Source: Azolla caroliniana (taxonomy: Eukaryota; Plantae; Polypodiophyta). Taken from it: a stretch of 64,000 bases of DNA. Within the stretch, counting starts at the first letter, position 1. Every line of letters starts with the position of its first letter. Under the pieces are notes generated by a model that saw nothing but the letters and a program-made list of their open reading frames with translations, searched no databases and was not told the DNA's origin. Below are positions 62,956-64,000 of this stretch, in pieces. The stretch lies in assembly GCA_043228905.1 (NCBI GenBank), contig JBHGNT010000014.1, positions 1,736,001-1,800,000 of the forward strand. The letters run 5' to 3'. Both the position numbers and the translations under genes were made by a program.

Positions 62956-64000
62956 TGTGTTACCGGCCGGCAAAGTAGTCTAGAGTGTGAAATGGAGGAG
63001 TTATTTAATTATTAAGGAATGGTTGTAAGTAAGCTATTAGTGTGGACGGACGGACCGGAATCGGTATGCCGTTCCGGATCCGGACCGATCCCGACCAGGT
63101 GCGGATGACACCGTTTTGTACTACAAACCGGAAACCTATTTAAAGGCTCGGATACAATGTAATGAGCAGCGGATAATTAATAAAGCTTAGTGTTTTTATC
63201 TCTATGTGTTAATTGCCGTTCTGCATTCATTGTTATATCTTACGCGTGTGATTATTAAGGACGATCTTGCTAAGTAACCTAATTAAGTCGGATTAATCGT
63301 TGAGCCTAATCCTCTTGCCGTAACACCCCTTTGGTGAAGTGTCTTCCGTAGACACCCTGTGTTAGGCCATTGTCCGGCCCTAAGAGTTAACAAATAATAC
63401 CTAGTTCCCCCTTAGAGCGAGGTAAGGTAATAACATCCCATTTTACTTTAGACCGAGCATTGCCTTCTGATTTGTCGAACCATAGAAAATTACGAATCAA
63501 TCTGCGTATTTTCAGAATACATGACTTGGAGAATATCCAACATGACAAAACATACCATGTTGAAGCCAATAAAACCTGATTGGCAACTATAATCCGACCA
63601 GTAAAAGACAACTTGGCTGAACTCCATAATAACAATTTTTGCCTCAATGACAATAGGAAGGGAGCCACTTGATTTTCCATCGAAAGGTCAATACCTATAG
63701 TACATCCCAGATACTGAACTGGGCAACCTGATGGTATCCATCGAAATTGCGGATGTGGATTCCATAATGGAGGATTTACATCTCCCACTCAAAATGCAAA
63801 GGACTTGTTCCAATTAACCAATGCACCTAAAGCCTTACAGAATGTGGATATGGCCACTTCTATTTTTTGCAAATTTTCCAAATCACCTTTCAAGTATAGG
63901 GCAGTGTCATCTGCAAATTCAGCATCCCTTACTTCTATATGTGAGAGTGGAATGCATAGTCCGCTTATACCAATATCAACAACATTAAAAAAGGAAATCA

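Larger units (their letters stand above)
56895..63392 (+). mobile_element. Internally deleted gypsy element related to 23093-33145; LTRs 56895-57329 and 62958-63392
   Basis: 435-bp LTRs (~16 differences by eye), TSD AATAA and PBS TGGCGACCAC. The gag N-terminus is fused to the RH/INT linker, and INT and the extra ORF are retained. Confidence 0.95.
55126..64000 (-). mobile_element. L1-type LINE ORF2 (RT and zf-RVT), interrupted by a gypsy insertion; continues beyond the window end
   Basis: EFADDTALY near 63900, YLGC, IRNFLW, LPRSKGELGI|IDPVDQ joined across the insertion, C..C...ETQKHCLWEC, and A-rich tail at ~55126-55148. Confidence 0.9.

Overview
AT-rich land-plant nuclear DNA; the retroelement lineages look like those of seed-free plants, but the species cannot be named from sequence alone. 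Four host genes are supportable: a 3-exon GT2-type glycosyltransferase (4098-7305 +), an intronless and highly divergent PEBP-fold gene (8229-8987 -), plastid ribosomal protein S17 (48412-48870 -) and a cold-shock-domain protein with two zinc knuckles (53622-54305 -). There is also a tRNA-Lys(UUU) pseudogene. Most of 12.8-44 kb and 55-64 kb is nested retroelements: Ty1/copia copies, Ty3/gypsy elements, solo LTRs and L1-type LINEs. The most striking observation concerns two related gypsy elements whose LTRs show no obvious similarity to each other (23093-33145 and 56895-63392, both with TSDs). Neither has a polypurine tract. Instead, each carries the same 40-nt copy of a tRNA-Arg T-arm plus 3' CCA end, interrupted by a covarying mini-hairpin, ending 2 nt before the 3' LTR. 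This suggests tRNA-dependent or tRNA-mimic plus-strand priming. Both elements also encode a ~900-1000 aa extra ORF ending in a conserved ILDIL(K/D)EE tail.
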